IMG/VR virus record: IMGVR_UViG_3300044617_000796
Span: 32,001-96,000 of that record
DNA length: 64,000 nucleotides
Origin: a virus
Strand: one strand, 5' to 3'
Position numbers and translations under genes: made by a program. This document shows, piece after piece, positions 55,083 to 64,000 of the stretch. Numbering within the stretch: position 1 is the stretch's first letter; each line of letters opens with the position of its first letter. The notes under the pieces were generated by a model. The model had not been told where the DNA came from. It made no database searches and was given only the letters and a program-made list of their open reading frames with translations.

Positions 55083-55248
55083 CTTTTTTACATAGGGCGA
55101 TTTGAAAAGATCTCAAAATATGAGCTTTTTCCCATATGCGATTTCTAAAAGATCTCAAAATATGAGCATTTTTGCATAGGGCGATCCAAAAAGATCTCAA
55201 AATATGAACTTTTTTACATATGCGATTTTGAAAAGATCTCAAATTATG
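55083..55248. repeat. 4 x 42-bp tandem repeat between putative terS and terL
   Basis: AGATCTC at 55108, 55150, 55192 and 55234. Confidence 0.92.
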
Positions 55249-55249
55249 A

Positions 55250-55843
55250 TTAATTTTCATCATCATCATGTTCAATTGCATCCTCAACAATTTTTGTTAC
55301 TTTACCACTCATAATTTCAAATGCAATTTCAAGTTCCTTACGGACTTCATTTGCAATATCTGGGTACTTTGAAATAACATCACGCAAAATCTTTGACAAG
55401 ATCTGATTAACATTCTCTGCCTTTTGCATTCTGGCAATGTATTCACCGTCAGTTTGGTTCCCGCCCATAAGCTTGTGCAGCTGAGCTTTCTTTGTTGCCA
55501 AATCTCCAGCCAATTTAATAGCCTGGATTCTGGCTGCAACCATCCCATTGTCTGTTGCAATAGTAATAGTCTCCCAGGCTTCTTTGCTTAATTCATCAAA
55601 CTCAGTAAGAGCTTTGATTGTATTAAACTGAACTTTTTCAAGGAAAAATGGGTCTTCTTCAATTGTTTGATTTAAAATCAATTTATATTCTTCAATATAT
55701 TCTTTTATTTCATTTACAGGAATAGACATGAGAGTTGATATCTCTCTCATTGAATAACCCTTTACATGCAAAAGACCGACTTGTTCAACATCTTTAATTT
55801 TCTCAATCAAGCTTTTCGTTTTAACTAATTCAATATCTGACAT
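55250..55843 (-). CDS. Probable terminase small subunit (N-terminal HTH)
   Basis: KGYSMREISTLMSIP HTH; helical; directly upstream of terL. Confidence 0.55.
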   Translation of the reverse strand: MSDIELVKTKSLIEKIKDVEQVGLLHVKGYSMREISTLMSIPVNEIKEYIEEYKLILNQTIEEDPFFLEKVQFNTIKALTEFDELSKEAWETITIATDNGMVAARIQAIKLAGDLATKKAQLHKLMGGNQTDGEYIARMQKAENVNQILSKILRDVISKYPDIANEVRKELEIAFEIMSGKVTKIVEDAIEHDDDEN

Positions 55844-56856
55844 AATCTATCTATATACCTCTCCGACACTTTTTCCCATGTCATGTTTTCATTTATATAT
55901 AATGCCGACATGTATGTGCGGTTGGAAATTTCTTCGTAATTGTTTACTGTATACAACATTTTATCACATAAATCGTCAAAATCTGGCTTTGCCCAGTGCC
56001 CTGTGTCTTGATATATGCCAGACATTTTATAATCCGACATTGAGTAATCAAGCGGAATAGAGAGATGAGCAAACTCAGTACAAGCAGAAAAGTTTGTGCA
56101 TATTGTTGGTATGCCCTTCGCTATGCCCTGGAATGGGAGCAGCCCCCACCCTTCTCCACTTGTAGGGTATAATACGCAATCTACTTTATCGTAAATACGA
56201 CCAAGTTCTTCTGCGCTGACTTCCCAATCAATTATATTAATCTGCGGATGATCAAGCTTGTCCTTCATCCCGTTGATAATTGATCTCGCATCAGCTGGTC
56301 CTTTGGATTTATAAATCATTTGGTACTGGTCATTCCCACCAAACAGTTTAATGAATGCGTCAACAGCCACCTGGGAGTTTTTCCTCGTAGATGGGGAGCC
56401 GATACTTAAGAAAGTAAATGGTCCTTTCCTGATTCTCTTACGAGGAAAATATATCTCAGGGTCAACGCCTAATTGAAAATTATAAACTGGTTTTGTAACT
56501 CCACTGTTTATAAAAACAGACCGCATGAAATCAGATGCAGTCCAGATTTCATCCATTCTGTTTAAATCATCTATCCACCCACCTGGAAGCTGGTTAGTCT
56601 CCCAGTACGAGAACCCAATCTTATAATCGCCATACTTGCCATAAGATTCTGGCAGGCAGTGATTGATCACCACACCTTCATGAATATCGTTTGTTCTTGC
56701 ATACCCAATCTGAAGCCCGCTAATTTCTTGCGGACTTTCATTTTCAATCTTACGAAAATCTAACCCGCTCTTACTAATGTGCTTTGTTAGATGATATGAA
56801 GCATCGCCATAACCTTCGCCAATTCTTGACGAACCATTATCTGTCCAAGTGATCAT
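55825..56856 (-). CDS. Glycosyltransferase (GT4/GT-B)
   Basis: WETNQLP, RKN and YPTSGEGWGLLP motifs. Confidence 0.85.
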   Translation of the reverse strand: MITWTDNGSSRIGEGYGDASYHLTKHISKSGLDFRKIENESPQEISGLQIGYARTNDIHEGVVINHCLPESYGKYGDYKIGFSYWETNQLPGGWIDDLNRMDEIWTASDFMRSVFINSGVTKPVYNFQLGVDPEIYFPRKRIRKGPFTFLSIGSPSTRKNSQVAVDAFIKLFGGNDQYQMIYKSKGPADARSIINGMKDKLDHPQINIIDWEVSAEELGRIYDKVDCVLYPTSGEGWGLLPFQGIAKGIPTICTNFSACTEFAHLSIPLDYSMSDYKMSGIYQDTGHWAKPDFDDLCDKMLYTVNNYEEISNRTYMSALYINENMTWEKVSERYIDRLCQILN

Positions 56857-57608
56857 TCTTCTACTTGAAACGCAATCTTTTTCCCAGCAGCATCTGCAGC
56901 CTCTCTTAGCTTAGGCAAGGGTAATCCGTGAACTTTTGTATATTCAACTCGGTAATTAAACCAACCTTCAACAGCTCTCCACATTCGGTCATCTGTTTTA
57001 TCCGCCAGATCTTCTAATTCTTCTGGCGTGAGTAAGAAACTCAGCACACCTAACGGCATATAAACAACAACATCATAATTTGAGTCCTTGTCTTTTGAAT
57101 ATCTACTTAGCAAATTCTGGAATTGCTGGACCATACCCTCAACTGGTGTCCCAGAAAAGTGTTCTACAATGCCATAAACATTTCTTTCTCTAGGGCAAAC
57201 ATCGTCAACACCGACAAAAGCCCCATAACTTCTGCACACCAAAGGTCTAAACCCATAGATAGTGCAACCGTCTTTGTAGAAAGCGCATTTCCTTTCAGTT
57301 TCACCACCGAACTGCCATGTCTCATCATACATCGCCTCCTTTAAAGAATTAACTACTGAATTAAACCATTCATCCGCAAAATCCTTACCTTTGTTTTCCA
57401 AATGCAAATAAAATTGCTGGGTAATATTGAATGCAATATTGGCACACTCTGTCATGTGAATTGTTAAACCAATTGAGCAGCAATTACCAGAGCCAAGACA
57501 TTTGTATTTTGTTTTATTCTGGCTTGCCTCAATCATTCTTGCTTGGTTATAAACCATGTCAAGCTCTGCGAAAATCCCTAAATCTCCTGCCGCTACTTTT
57601 CTTTGCAT
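56853..57608 (-). CDS. YkgJ-like Cys-cluster (Zn/Fe-S) protein
   Basis: C.GSG.CC...CAFY..GCTIY..RP.VCR. Confidence 0.7.
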   Translation of the reverse strand: MQRKVAAGDLGIFAELDMVYNQARMIEASQNKTKYKCLGSGNCCSIGLTIHMTECANIAFNITQQFYLHLENKGKDFADEWFNSVVNSLKEAMYDETWQFGGETERKCAFYKDGCTIYGFRPLVCRSYGAFVGVDDVCPRERNVYGIVEHFSGTPVEGMVQQFQNLLSRYSKDKDSNYDVVVYMPLGVLSFLLTPEELEDLADKTDDRMWRAVEGWFNYRVEYTKVHGLPLPKLREAADAAGKKIAFQVEE

Positions 57609-57901
57609 TATCTACCCATACCCTTCTTTTTTTGTTGCATTGATTTTCTCCTATCACGCTTCATTTGTTCAGCCTTCCTTTGCATTGGCGATTTTGGCTT
57701 CTTGGAAGTAGCAGACAAGTTCCTTCCCTTGCCCCTGAATTTTAATAGATCGTACTTGTTACACCAGTTATAAAGACCTTGCGGAGTGATTTCAACATTG
57801 TAAGTTTGCTTTAATAACTTCACAATGTCAGTTAAGTTCATCCGCTTCTTTACATAGTGCTCATAAAGCCAGCTTTTGTCTTTATAAGGTTCAAGAGCCA
57901 T
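57608..57901 (-). CDS. Small basic HTH-like protein
   Basis: YKDKSWLYEHYV...DI...T.QGLYNW. Confidence 0.55.
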   Translation of the reverse strand: MALEPYKDKSWLYEHYVKKRMNLTDIVKLLKQTYNVEITPQGLYNWCNKYDLLKFRGKGRNLSATSKKPKSPMQRKAEQMKRDRRKSMQQKKKGMGR

Positions 57902-58454
57902 TAGATACCACCATTAAATAATACCAAAGACCAATGCCAATTGCGTCAACAATGTCATCATCTTTCAAATTTTCCTCTTCCATCTGGAAGTAATCAGTAA
58001 TAATATCCCTGACACGATCTTTTCTTTCTTTCTTCTTCTTAGCCTCTGTGTCAAAAACCATTTTATCTGTTTTAGATATATTTTTATACCCGATTCCTCG
58101 CTTCCAAAGAATCGGGTTAATGTCCATAACTTTAAAACAATAACCCTGAACAATTCCCCAGGTGTAGCCAATTATATAAGATATAACCCTGCTTGTTTGA
58201 AAATTTTGTATATAAACTGATTGCTCAATAATAGTTACGCTAGGATTATGCTTCTTACAAATTTCCTTTAAACCAGCATTAATTTCATTAAATTTTATAG
58301 AAATATCATTTGTTTTTGTAAATTTGATTTTACCGCAATCAACAAGCTTTAGACCGTTGTTAAAATCAATAACAGCCCAACCTAAAGAATGAGATGATGG
58401 ATCTATTGATAAAATTCTTTTATCATGAGAATTAACTATGTTCTTAAGATTCAT
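57891..58454 (-). CDS. RuvC-like Holliday junction resolvase
   Basis: ILSIDPS...GWAV, IIEQ and DD..DAIGIG motifs. Confidence 0.8.
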   Translation of the reverse strand: MNLKNIVNSHDKRILSIDPSSHSLGWAVIDFNNGLKLVDCGKIKFTKTNDISIKFNEINAGLKEICKKHNPSVTIIEQSVYIQNFQTSRVISYIIGYTWGIVQGYCFKVMDINPILWKRGIGYKNISKTDKMVFDTEAKKKKERKDRVRDIITDYFQMEEENLKDDDIVDAIGIGLWYYLMVVSNGS

Positions 58455-58762
58455 TACAGACTATCCCTGACGGAGCCTTCTTCCCAACCCCAACCGACCA
58501 GCCTTTGAACATATCTTTCTCTTTTACATTTTTCACAGATATTTTCTTTATTATACCGTGACAATATAGTTTCACAACTTTTTGTTTTACAAATTCTTTT
58601 TTTATTTATATTAGCTTTTTTTTCATAATAATTACTTAATAGCTTTGCATTTGTAACAATTCTTCTACATTCTGCTGAACAATAAATACTATTATAAGAT
58701 TTAGCCTTAAACGGTCTACTGCAATCTAAATTTTTACATGTCCTTTCGTCATCATTAATCAC
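58454..58762 (-). CDS. Zinc-finger protein (start reassigned to GTG 58762)
   Basis: C....C...YCS..C and C....C.T.LSRYN....C..C motifs. Confidence 0.65.
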   Translation of the reverse strand: MINDDERTCKNLDCSRPFKAKSYNSIYCSAECRRIVTNAKLLSNYYEKKANINKKRICKTKSCETILSRYNKENICEKCKRERYVQRLVGWGWEEGSVRDSL

Positions 58763-59495
58763 TGTCTCCCCAGCATAAAGCAGCCACATTACAATCTGAA
58801 CAATGCTTAGATGTTCTCTTGTACGGTCTGTCGGGGATATTACCGCTAGTGTAATTCCCATAAATATCTCTGTATTTCTTAAAGAGCTTGTCTATGAAAG
58901 CCTGGTCTTTTTCAATATAAATAGGAAGAATTTCTTGATTATTCTTGCATTCATAAATAACAAAACCGCCATCTAAATTCAAGCACTCCATATAAATCTG
59001 CGCTTGTCTGTAATGCTCATCCTTTGGCTTGTTGTGCAGTTTTCTATAATGGAAACCTTCTGAGCTGATTGACTTTAATTCAATCAACTTCTCCCCATGC
59101 CAGTTAATAATTCCATCTGCCGTTCCTTCAATCGGGGGCGATGAATAAGTAACAGGAATTTCTTCGGCTACCAGTATGCCCATCTCTCTAAAATATCCGT
59201 ATAGCCTGTCATGAACAGCATGACCATTATCAAAGATTCTAAGCGTTTGCGCTCTAAAGTCTGGAGTTACGCTAACCCCATCAAACATATAATACCAATA
59301 GCGTGAACATTGGTTGGTATAGCTTGGGTGAAAACCCTTAACTTTTTTAAATTCTGGCTTATTTCTTTCCGTCAGACTTTCGTCAATAGCTTTATTTAAA
59401 CTATCTACTAACTGAGCGGTAGTAAAGCTCTCCTCTGGAACTTCCACTGCGACTTCTACTGGCTTTGGATTCCTCAATACTTTTAGTGATTTCAT
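58755..59495 (-). CDS. Cas4-like PD-(D/E)XK exonuclease
   Basis: C.R..Y, G..VH, G.ADG, ELKS, Q...YM and C..C.....C motifs. Confidence 0.82.
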   Translation of the reverse strand: MKSLKVLRNPKPVEVAVEVPEESFTTAQLVDSLNKAIDESLTERNKPEFKKVKGFHPSYTNQCSRYWYYMFDGVSVTPDFRAQTLRIFDNGHAVHDRLYGYFREMGILVAEEIPVTYSSPPIEGTADGIINWHGEKLIELKSISSEGFHYRKLHNKPKDEHYRQAQIYMECLNLDGGFVIYECKNNQEILPIYIEKDQAFIDKLFKKYRDIYGNYTSGNIPDRPYKRTSKHCSDCNVAALCWGDSD

Positions 59496-59812
59496 TACAT
59501 TCCGCCTTTCGCAGCGAGTTTAAGTGCATTTATGTTTTCACCTAATGCTTCATACATGGTTTTCCATATATCATTAACAAACTTATCTTGATCATTCATA
59601 ACCGCAGACTTTCTTTTAAAAGCTTGTGATTTAATAATCATCAATGTTCTGTACGCCGCTAATATATTAGCATACTTAACAGCCTGCCCGCCTAGATAAT
59701 GGTCTGGGTTGTGGATAATGTCTTCAACTATCCTTATACATTCTATAAATTCCTCCGCTTTATCGCCCATTTGCTCAGCAAGAACTTCTTTATTAATTAT
59801 AATATCTGGCAT
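59495..59812 (-). CDS. Hypothetical protein
   Basis: TAATG overlaps. Confidence 0.55.
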   Translation of the reverse strand: MPDIIINKEVLAEQMGDKAEEFIECIRIVEDIIHNPDHYLGGQAVKYANILAAYRTLMIIKSQAFKRKSAVMNDQDKFVNDIWKTMYEALGENINALKLAAKGGM

Positions 59813-59977
59813 TACATATCCTTTCTAAGATCTTCTGTTTTAACTAAAGCTTGATATGGCGGATAGACTTTTGCAATCCCAACAAACCAAAATATAAGAT
59901 TTACACCAATGGCAAATTCATCATGATCAAGGTTTATACCAAGACTCTTGTGACCAGATAGTTTATCGCAACAAAAT

Positions 59978-60280
59978 TTAAACTTCATATTCGCTTCCTT
60001 TAATTAAATCCTGGAGTACATCCCAATCAATTATAGCGACTTTCGTTTGGGAATTCTCACCAAACACAACGGAAATACACGGGTATTTATAATTAGCGTT
60101 AAAAGCGTCTTTTCTCATCTTCTCCCAGGCTTTGAGAGTTAGCGTAAAAGTTTTTTCATTATGCTTGTAATCAACTAAAAACTTGTGAAGAGAGGCATCG
60201 CCTTTCTTAAGTCCACGACCTGAATTCTTGACAGCTTTTGCTTTGTCACGCTTAATTTCTTCTTTTTCAGTTCTTTTCAC
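59978..60280 (-). CDS. Hjc-like (PD-(D/E)XK) resolvase/endonuclease
   Basis: NSGRG..KGD...LVDYK motif. Confidence 0.6.
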   Translation of the reverse strand: MKRTEKEEIKRDKAKAVKNSGRGLKKGDASLHKFLVDYKHNEKTFTLTLKAWEKMRKDAFNANYKYPCISVVFGENSQTKVAIIDWDVLQDLIKGSEYEV

Positions 60281-60461
60281 TAATAAGTTCTTTCAGTCGG
60301 TCTCGGTCAGATTTCATTAGAATGTATTGTACACGAAGAATTGCAAGTCTGTTTTCATTTTCTTCAATTCTTTTCTTTAAATCATTAATTTCTTTAGCGT
60401 AATCCATTTTCTTTTTAAACATAATAAACCACCTAATCATCCTCAGACTCCTTGTCACCAC
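60267..60461 (-). CDS. Small coiled-coil protein
   Basis: Overlapping ORF; start uncertain. Confidence 0.4.
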   Translation of the reverse strand: MVTRSLRMIRWFIMFKKKMDYAKEINDLKKRIEENENRLAILRVQYILMKSDRDRLKELISEKN

Positions 60462-60532
60462 ACTCAGGGTTTTCGGGGATGGGCTTGGGACAGAAGCATT
60501 TATAGGATCTCACACCTATGATAATCATGCAA

Positions 60533-61780
60533 TCACTCTCCTAAGTGTTTCGTAATCTCTTGGTCTGTTGGTTGTCTAAAATTAGAATTCATAATTAAAT
60601 AATTATATTCTTCGTCAGACACCTTCTGCACTGGATTTTCTTTTGAAAATTTTACACCAGAGCTTGTGCTATACCCAGAGCCTCTTTGAAAATATATATA
60701 TTTCACCCTAGACACTTTGCCCACAGGCTCAAACATTTCCACCCCAACACGCTTAATCAAAGATTTAAGCATCTTATCGCATTGAGATTGCCAGTTGTAT
60801 TCTTTAATAACTTTAGGGGCTTGCTTATAATAGTAATCACATTGAGCATCAAAATTATCAACTGCGTTCTTCATCAACTCAACGGTTGAGTCAAAATCTG
60901 GAAGGATGACATCGCCAGTGTGATAACCAGAGTGCTGTGTTTTACCAAGAGTTGATTCAATAATATTCTTACCAAGATATTTCTCATACGAACACCATTT
61001 GCTTGTTGAGATAGTAGGCATACCTGTTGCTAACGCCTGAAGAGGTATCAACCCAAACCCTTCACCTTCTGTCGGATAAATTAGGATATCATGATCGTGA
61101 TATAGCTGAACCATCTCTTCTTGCGAAAGTGTTTTAAATATTCTCTTAACATTACTTTCATCACCTTGATTAAAAAGGTCCATAACACTGTAGCCAATTG
61201 AATCACCAACCCCGTGATGCTTCAATGTAAGCTCAACATCCTTACTCCCCCTAAATAACTCAAGAAATGCTGTCTTAACAAGGTCTGCTCTTTTACGAGG
61301 ACTGTCTGAGTCAACATGAAGAAATCTAATCTTCTTCCGATTTCCTCTTTTAAAAGGTGTCCACATATCATCAACACCTAATTCAAAAATATATGTAGGT
61401 GTATCAATGCCTGAATTGCGAATCGCATCAACAGAGAATTGATTGCCTACCCAGATTTCATCAAATGTTTTCATGGTGGGAATCCACCAATCCCAAGCCT
61501 TTGTAGCTTCTAAGTATGTGCCATTAATCTTATATTGGTGATCATGGTGTTTCTTGAACCCTGGTTGCCTAAAATCATGACCAGTGACAGGGTTATGCCA
61601 TTCTGGTTCCATATAAAACATTTGAATCTGAGCGGATGGGTCATTATCCACGACTTCTAATTGTTTACCACGATAAGTAAACTGATTAAAATGTTTTACA
61701 ATATTGTCGTAGCCATAAGCATACCCAAACACACCGCCCGCATCTTTAATATGCTGATCAGTATGAATTGAAAATATCAA
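60533..61780 (-). CDS. Glycosyltransferase (GT4/GT-B) with an extra C-terminal GYSTSSG domain
   Basis: YPTEGEGFGLIPLQA motif; C-terminal ~55 aa match 9087-9467. Confidence 0.85.
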   Translation of the reverse strand: MIFSIHTDQHIKDAGGVFGYAYGYDNIVKHFNQFTYRGKQLEVVDNDPSAQIQMFYMEPEWHNPVTGHDFRQPGFKKHHDHQYKINGTYLEATKAWDWWIPTMKTFDEIWVGNQFSVDAIRNSGIDTPTYIFELGVDDMWTPFKRGNRKKIRFLHVDSDSPRKRADLVKTAFLELFRGSKDVELTLKHHGVGDSIGYSVMDLFNQGDESNVKRIFKTLSQEEMVQLYHDHDILIYPTEGEGFGLIPLQALATGMPTISTSKWCSYEKYLGKNIIESTLGKTQHSGYHTGDVILPDFDSTVELMKNAVDNFDAQCDYYYKQAPKVIKEYNWQSQCDKMLKSLIKRVGVEMFEPVGKVSRVKYIYFQRGSGYSTSSGVKFSKENPVQKVSDEEYNYLIMNSNFRQPTDQEITKHLGE

Positions 61781-61929
61781 TTACAACACCTCGTTCTTTA
61801 GCGCCTTCCATGCTTCATCAACTTTCTCTTTCAACTGAGATGTGTCAGTTTCTGGGTACGCACTGAGATATGCATCCTCAGCTTTTACATAATTACGAAC
61901 TATTTCTCGTAACCGCTTAAGATCATCAC

Positions 61930-62844
61930 TCATGAGTTAATCTTTTTAAGAATCTCTTTTGATTGTTTATCAGTCAATTCAATTGAGCCCATGCCATTCC
62001 ATTTGCTTTCCTCATAGGAATACCAAGCGCCCTTGCGTTGAATAATATCCATCTCAATAGCAATATCAATGATCTCACGATTTTGGTCAATTCTGCCCTC
62101 TTGCGGAAGTACATAATAATAACCTGTTGCGCCGATTGTAGGAATCTGTTTTGTTTTTTCAACAGTCCAGGTCGCTCGTTGTGAGGTAATCATGTTGTTC
62201 TCTTCACGCTCCATTTCGCTCTTTGACATGGAAAGAAACAGCTTGACGATGTTGTGCATGTTGTGATGAACCGTGTTTCCCATTTTGGCTTTTGTTACCG
62301 CAAACATTCCGCTCAAGTCAACTGTTTGGTGAGCAACGAATAGCATAATGTTACGCTCTTTATGGAGATAGTTCACCAACTTCTGCAGCAGATATCCTTG
62401 CGAGCGTGACTGCAAGCCCATTGCTTTACCACCTTCAGGCTTATCGTAAAACTCTTCCTTAATGATGTTAGATAGTGAGTCAAACAAGAAGATGTGCTTC
62501 TCCTTGTCATCTGTCAAATACCCAATCAAGTTCTTCATAATGTCTTCTACGATGGTAGATTGGATGATTACTACATCCTCAATGTTTATGCCGCACTTAG
62601 CTGCATACGCATCATTATATGATGACTCCGAATCAATGATAACAGGGCGATACCCAAGCTTTTGAGCTTCAGCAATAATGCGAAAACACATGGTTGTCTT
62701 ACCTACCGATGGCGTACCCCAGAATAAATGAGTCGCACCAGTATTAAGACCACCGCCTAAAGCACGATTTAAACCGATGCTAGGGGTTGGAATAACATCA
62801 TGAATAGGCATTGTCTGCCCTTTGCGTTTATCTACAATTAACAT
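61930..62844 (-). CDS. recA: RecA/UvsX-like recombinase
   Basis: LN.ALGGGL, Walker A GTPSVGKTT, IDSE, FDSL and GAWYSY motifs. Confidence 0.85.
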   Translation of the reverse strand: MLIVDKRKGQTMPIHDVIPTPSIGLNRALGGGLNTGATHLFWGTPSVGKTTMCFRIIAEAQKLGYRPVIIDSESSYNDAYAAKCGINIEDVVIIQSTIVEDIMKNLIGYLTDDKEKHIFLFDSLSNIIKEEFYDKPEGGKAMGLQSRSQGYLLQKLVNYLHKERNIMLFVAHQTVDLSGMFAVTKAKMGNTVHHNMHNIVKLFLSMSKSEMEREENNMITSQRATWTVEKTKQIPTIGATGYYYVLPQEGRIDQNREIIDIAIEMDIIQRKGAWYSYEESKWNGMGSIELTDKQSKEILKKINS

Positions 62845-62853
62845 ATTTCTCCT

Positions 62854-63288
62854 TTATTGAAACATTCTATCTAGAATTCTTGATTTAATAATTGTTGTTG
62901 AAATGTGTTCGCTATACGGAACAAAGATTACTTTAATGTTATGTTCATCAAGCCATTCCTGGGTAAAGCCCATTTGTTTATGGTAGTCCTTGGTCTCCCA
63001 ATCTGAACCAACAACAATGACATCTGCTTTCGCCTCTAGGATAGCAGGTTTTGAATCAGCTCCGCCTGTGTTAATGATAACTTTGTCCACCCATTTGCAA
63101 GAAGATACAACTTCCATTCTTTCAAATAATTCACAAATTGGCGGTTCTTTATACTGAGCACAGAACTCACTTGGGTTAACCGACACCACTACTTGACCAC
63201 CGACACCAGCTATATTCTTACATCTCTCTAACAATCGGCTATGACCCGAATGAAAAAGATCAAATGTTCCACCTGTATATACAATCAT
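62854..63288 (-). CDS. Cytidylyltransferase (TagD-like)
   Basis: YTGGTFDLFHSGH, ER...V..CK.VD.V, GSDW and ISTT motifs. Confidence 0.85.
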   Translation of the reverse strand: MIVYTGGTFDLFHSGHSRLLERCKNIAGVGGQVVVSVNPSEFCAQYKEPPICELFERMEVVSSCKWVDKVIINTGGADSKPAILEAKADVIVVGSDWETKDYHKQMGFTQEWLDEHNIKVIFVPYSEHISTTIIKSRILDRMFQ

Positions 63289-64000
63289 TTTTTCTCCATT
63301 GACGCACTAACGAAATTCCATTTATTTGCATTATGAAATGTAAACTTCTCAACCCCATCAATACCAGAAAGAGCATCGCAGTATTCAAACATCACATTGT
63401 CAAAATCTTTAAATTCAAAAAGGTTTGTATCATTTACTAAAACAGTTGGAGCATTCGGGATGCTTACTGTTTCGCAATTAATTCCAGACCAAGCTAAAAC
63501 ATTCCTTGAGTCAAGATGCTTTGTTCCAATTTTAAAATCCATTACATCTCTTTTCCAAATATTCATACTTGCTAATGTCGCAGCAATCACATACGATTTA
63601 TCATTAAGGCTGTTTATCAATTCAACCATTGTACCAGAAAACCCAGGCTTTAATTCCCCAGAGTAAGGGGCGTATTGCATTATTCTATCAACACCATTCA
63701 ACATAGGCAGTAATGTCGCAATAGCACCTGGGAGTAGAACATCATCATCACCCAGCACCCACACATACTCACCAGTGCCAGATGTTAACCCATGTAGGCA
63801 ATTGCCATCACAACCTATGTTTTGTTTTCTTACTGAATACTCTGTTATATATTCCTTGTACGGGTATAAAAGATCGCCAGCAAAAGCATCTTGGTCGTTG
63901 TCAGATATAATTAATTCAATATCATTTGTAAATTGATTAACAATACTCTCCACACACTGCACAACTGATTCACGCTTGTATGTTGGTATGTAAATAGTTA
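63285..64000 (-). CDS. GT2-family glycosyltransferase, 5'-truncated
   Basis: IYIPTYKR at the window edge, ISDN and YVWVLGDDD motifs. Confidence 0.75.
   Translation of the reverse strand, partial: TIYIPTYKRESVVQCVESIVNQFTNDIELIISDNDQDAFAGDLLYPYKEYITEYSVRKQNIGCDGNCLHGLTSGTGEYVWVLGDDDVLLPGAIATLLPMLNGVDRIMQYAPYSGELKPGFSGTMVELINSLNDKSYVIAATLASMNIWKRDVMDFKIGTKHLDSRNVLAWSGINCETVSIPNAPTVLVNDTNLFEFKDFDNVMFEYCDALSGIDGVEKFTFHNANKWNFVSASMEKK

Noticed and set aside
55063-55290. 75-aa repeat ORF as an independent gene, or the 42-bp repeat as CRISPR
   Set aside because: No SD, and openness is explained by a stop-free repeat of 3n length; no unique spacers
58755-59495. Cas4-like gene as evidence of a CRISPR-Cas system
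   Set aside because: Solo Cas4-like exonucleases are common in phage recombination modules; it lies among RuvC-like, Hjc-like and RecA genes

Overview
A 64-kb fragment of a large, AT-rich tailed dsDNA phage. The host is most likely an Actinobacterium, judging from WhiB, an FmdB zinc ribbon, an actinobacterial-type single-cluster ferredoxin and many leaderless genes. Layout: (1) 1-14.8 kb, minus strand: Gly-rich/fibre-like virion genes, major capsid, prohead protease-scaffold and portal. (2) 14.8-25.7 kb: class II RNR, glycosyltransferase, FkbM methyltransferase, 2OG-Fe(II) oxygenase, ferredoxin, thermonuclease, tRNA-Thr and tRNA-Asn. (3) 25.9-30.7 kb: a GC-richer array of eight self-contained expression cassettes plus a degenerate ninth element. 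(4) 31.3-51.4 kb: a minus-strand block of small, mostly unknown genes with tRNA-Arg, flanking structured non-coding DNA, a lytic transglycosylase, a GHKL ATPase and WhiB. (5) 51.8-64 kb: terminase large and probable small subunits separated by a 4x42-bp repeat, more glycosyltransferases, RuvC-like and Cas4-like nucleases, RecA and a cytidylyltransferase. The main candidate for a new system is the cassette array. Each cassette is preceded by a ~210-bp element containing two TTKARTACACATT boxes 98-99 bp apart, a covarying top-strand hairpin between them, an extended -10 promoter and a 5' hairpin before the SD, and each cassette ends in a terminator hairpin. A second highlight is a ~55-aa domain shared by the protein next to the capsid gene and the C-terminus of a glycosyltransferase. 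All calls come from reading the sequence by eye; no searches were run.
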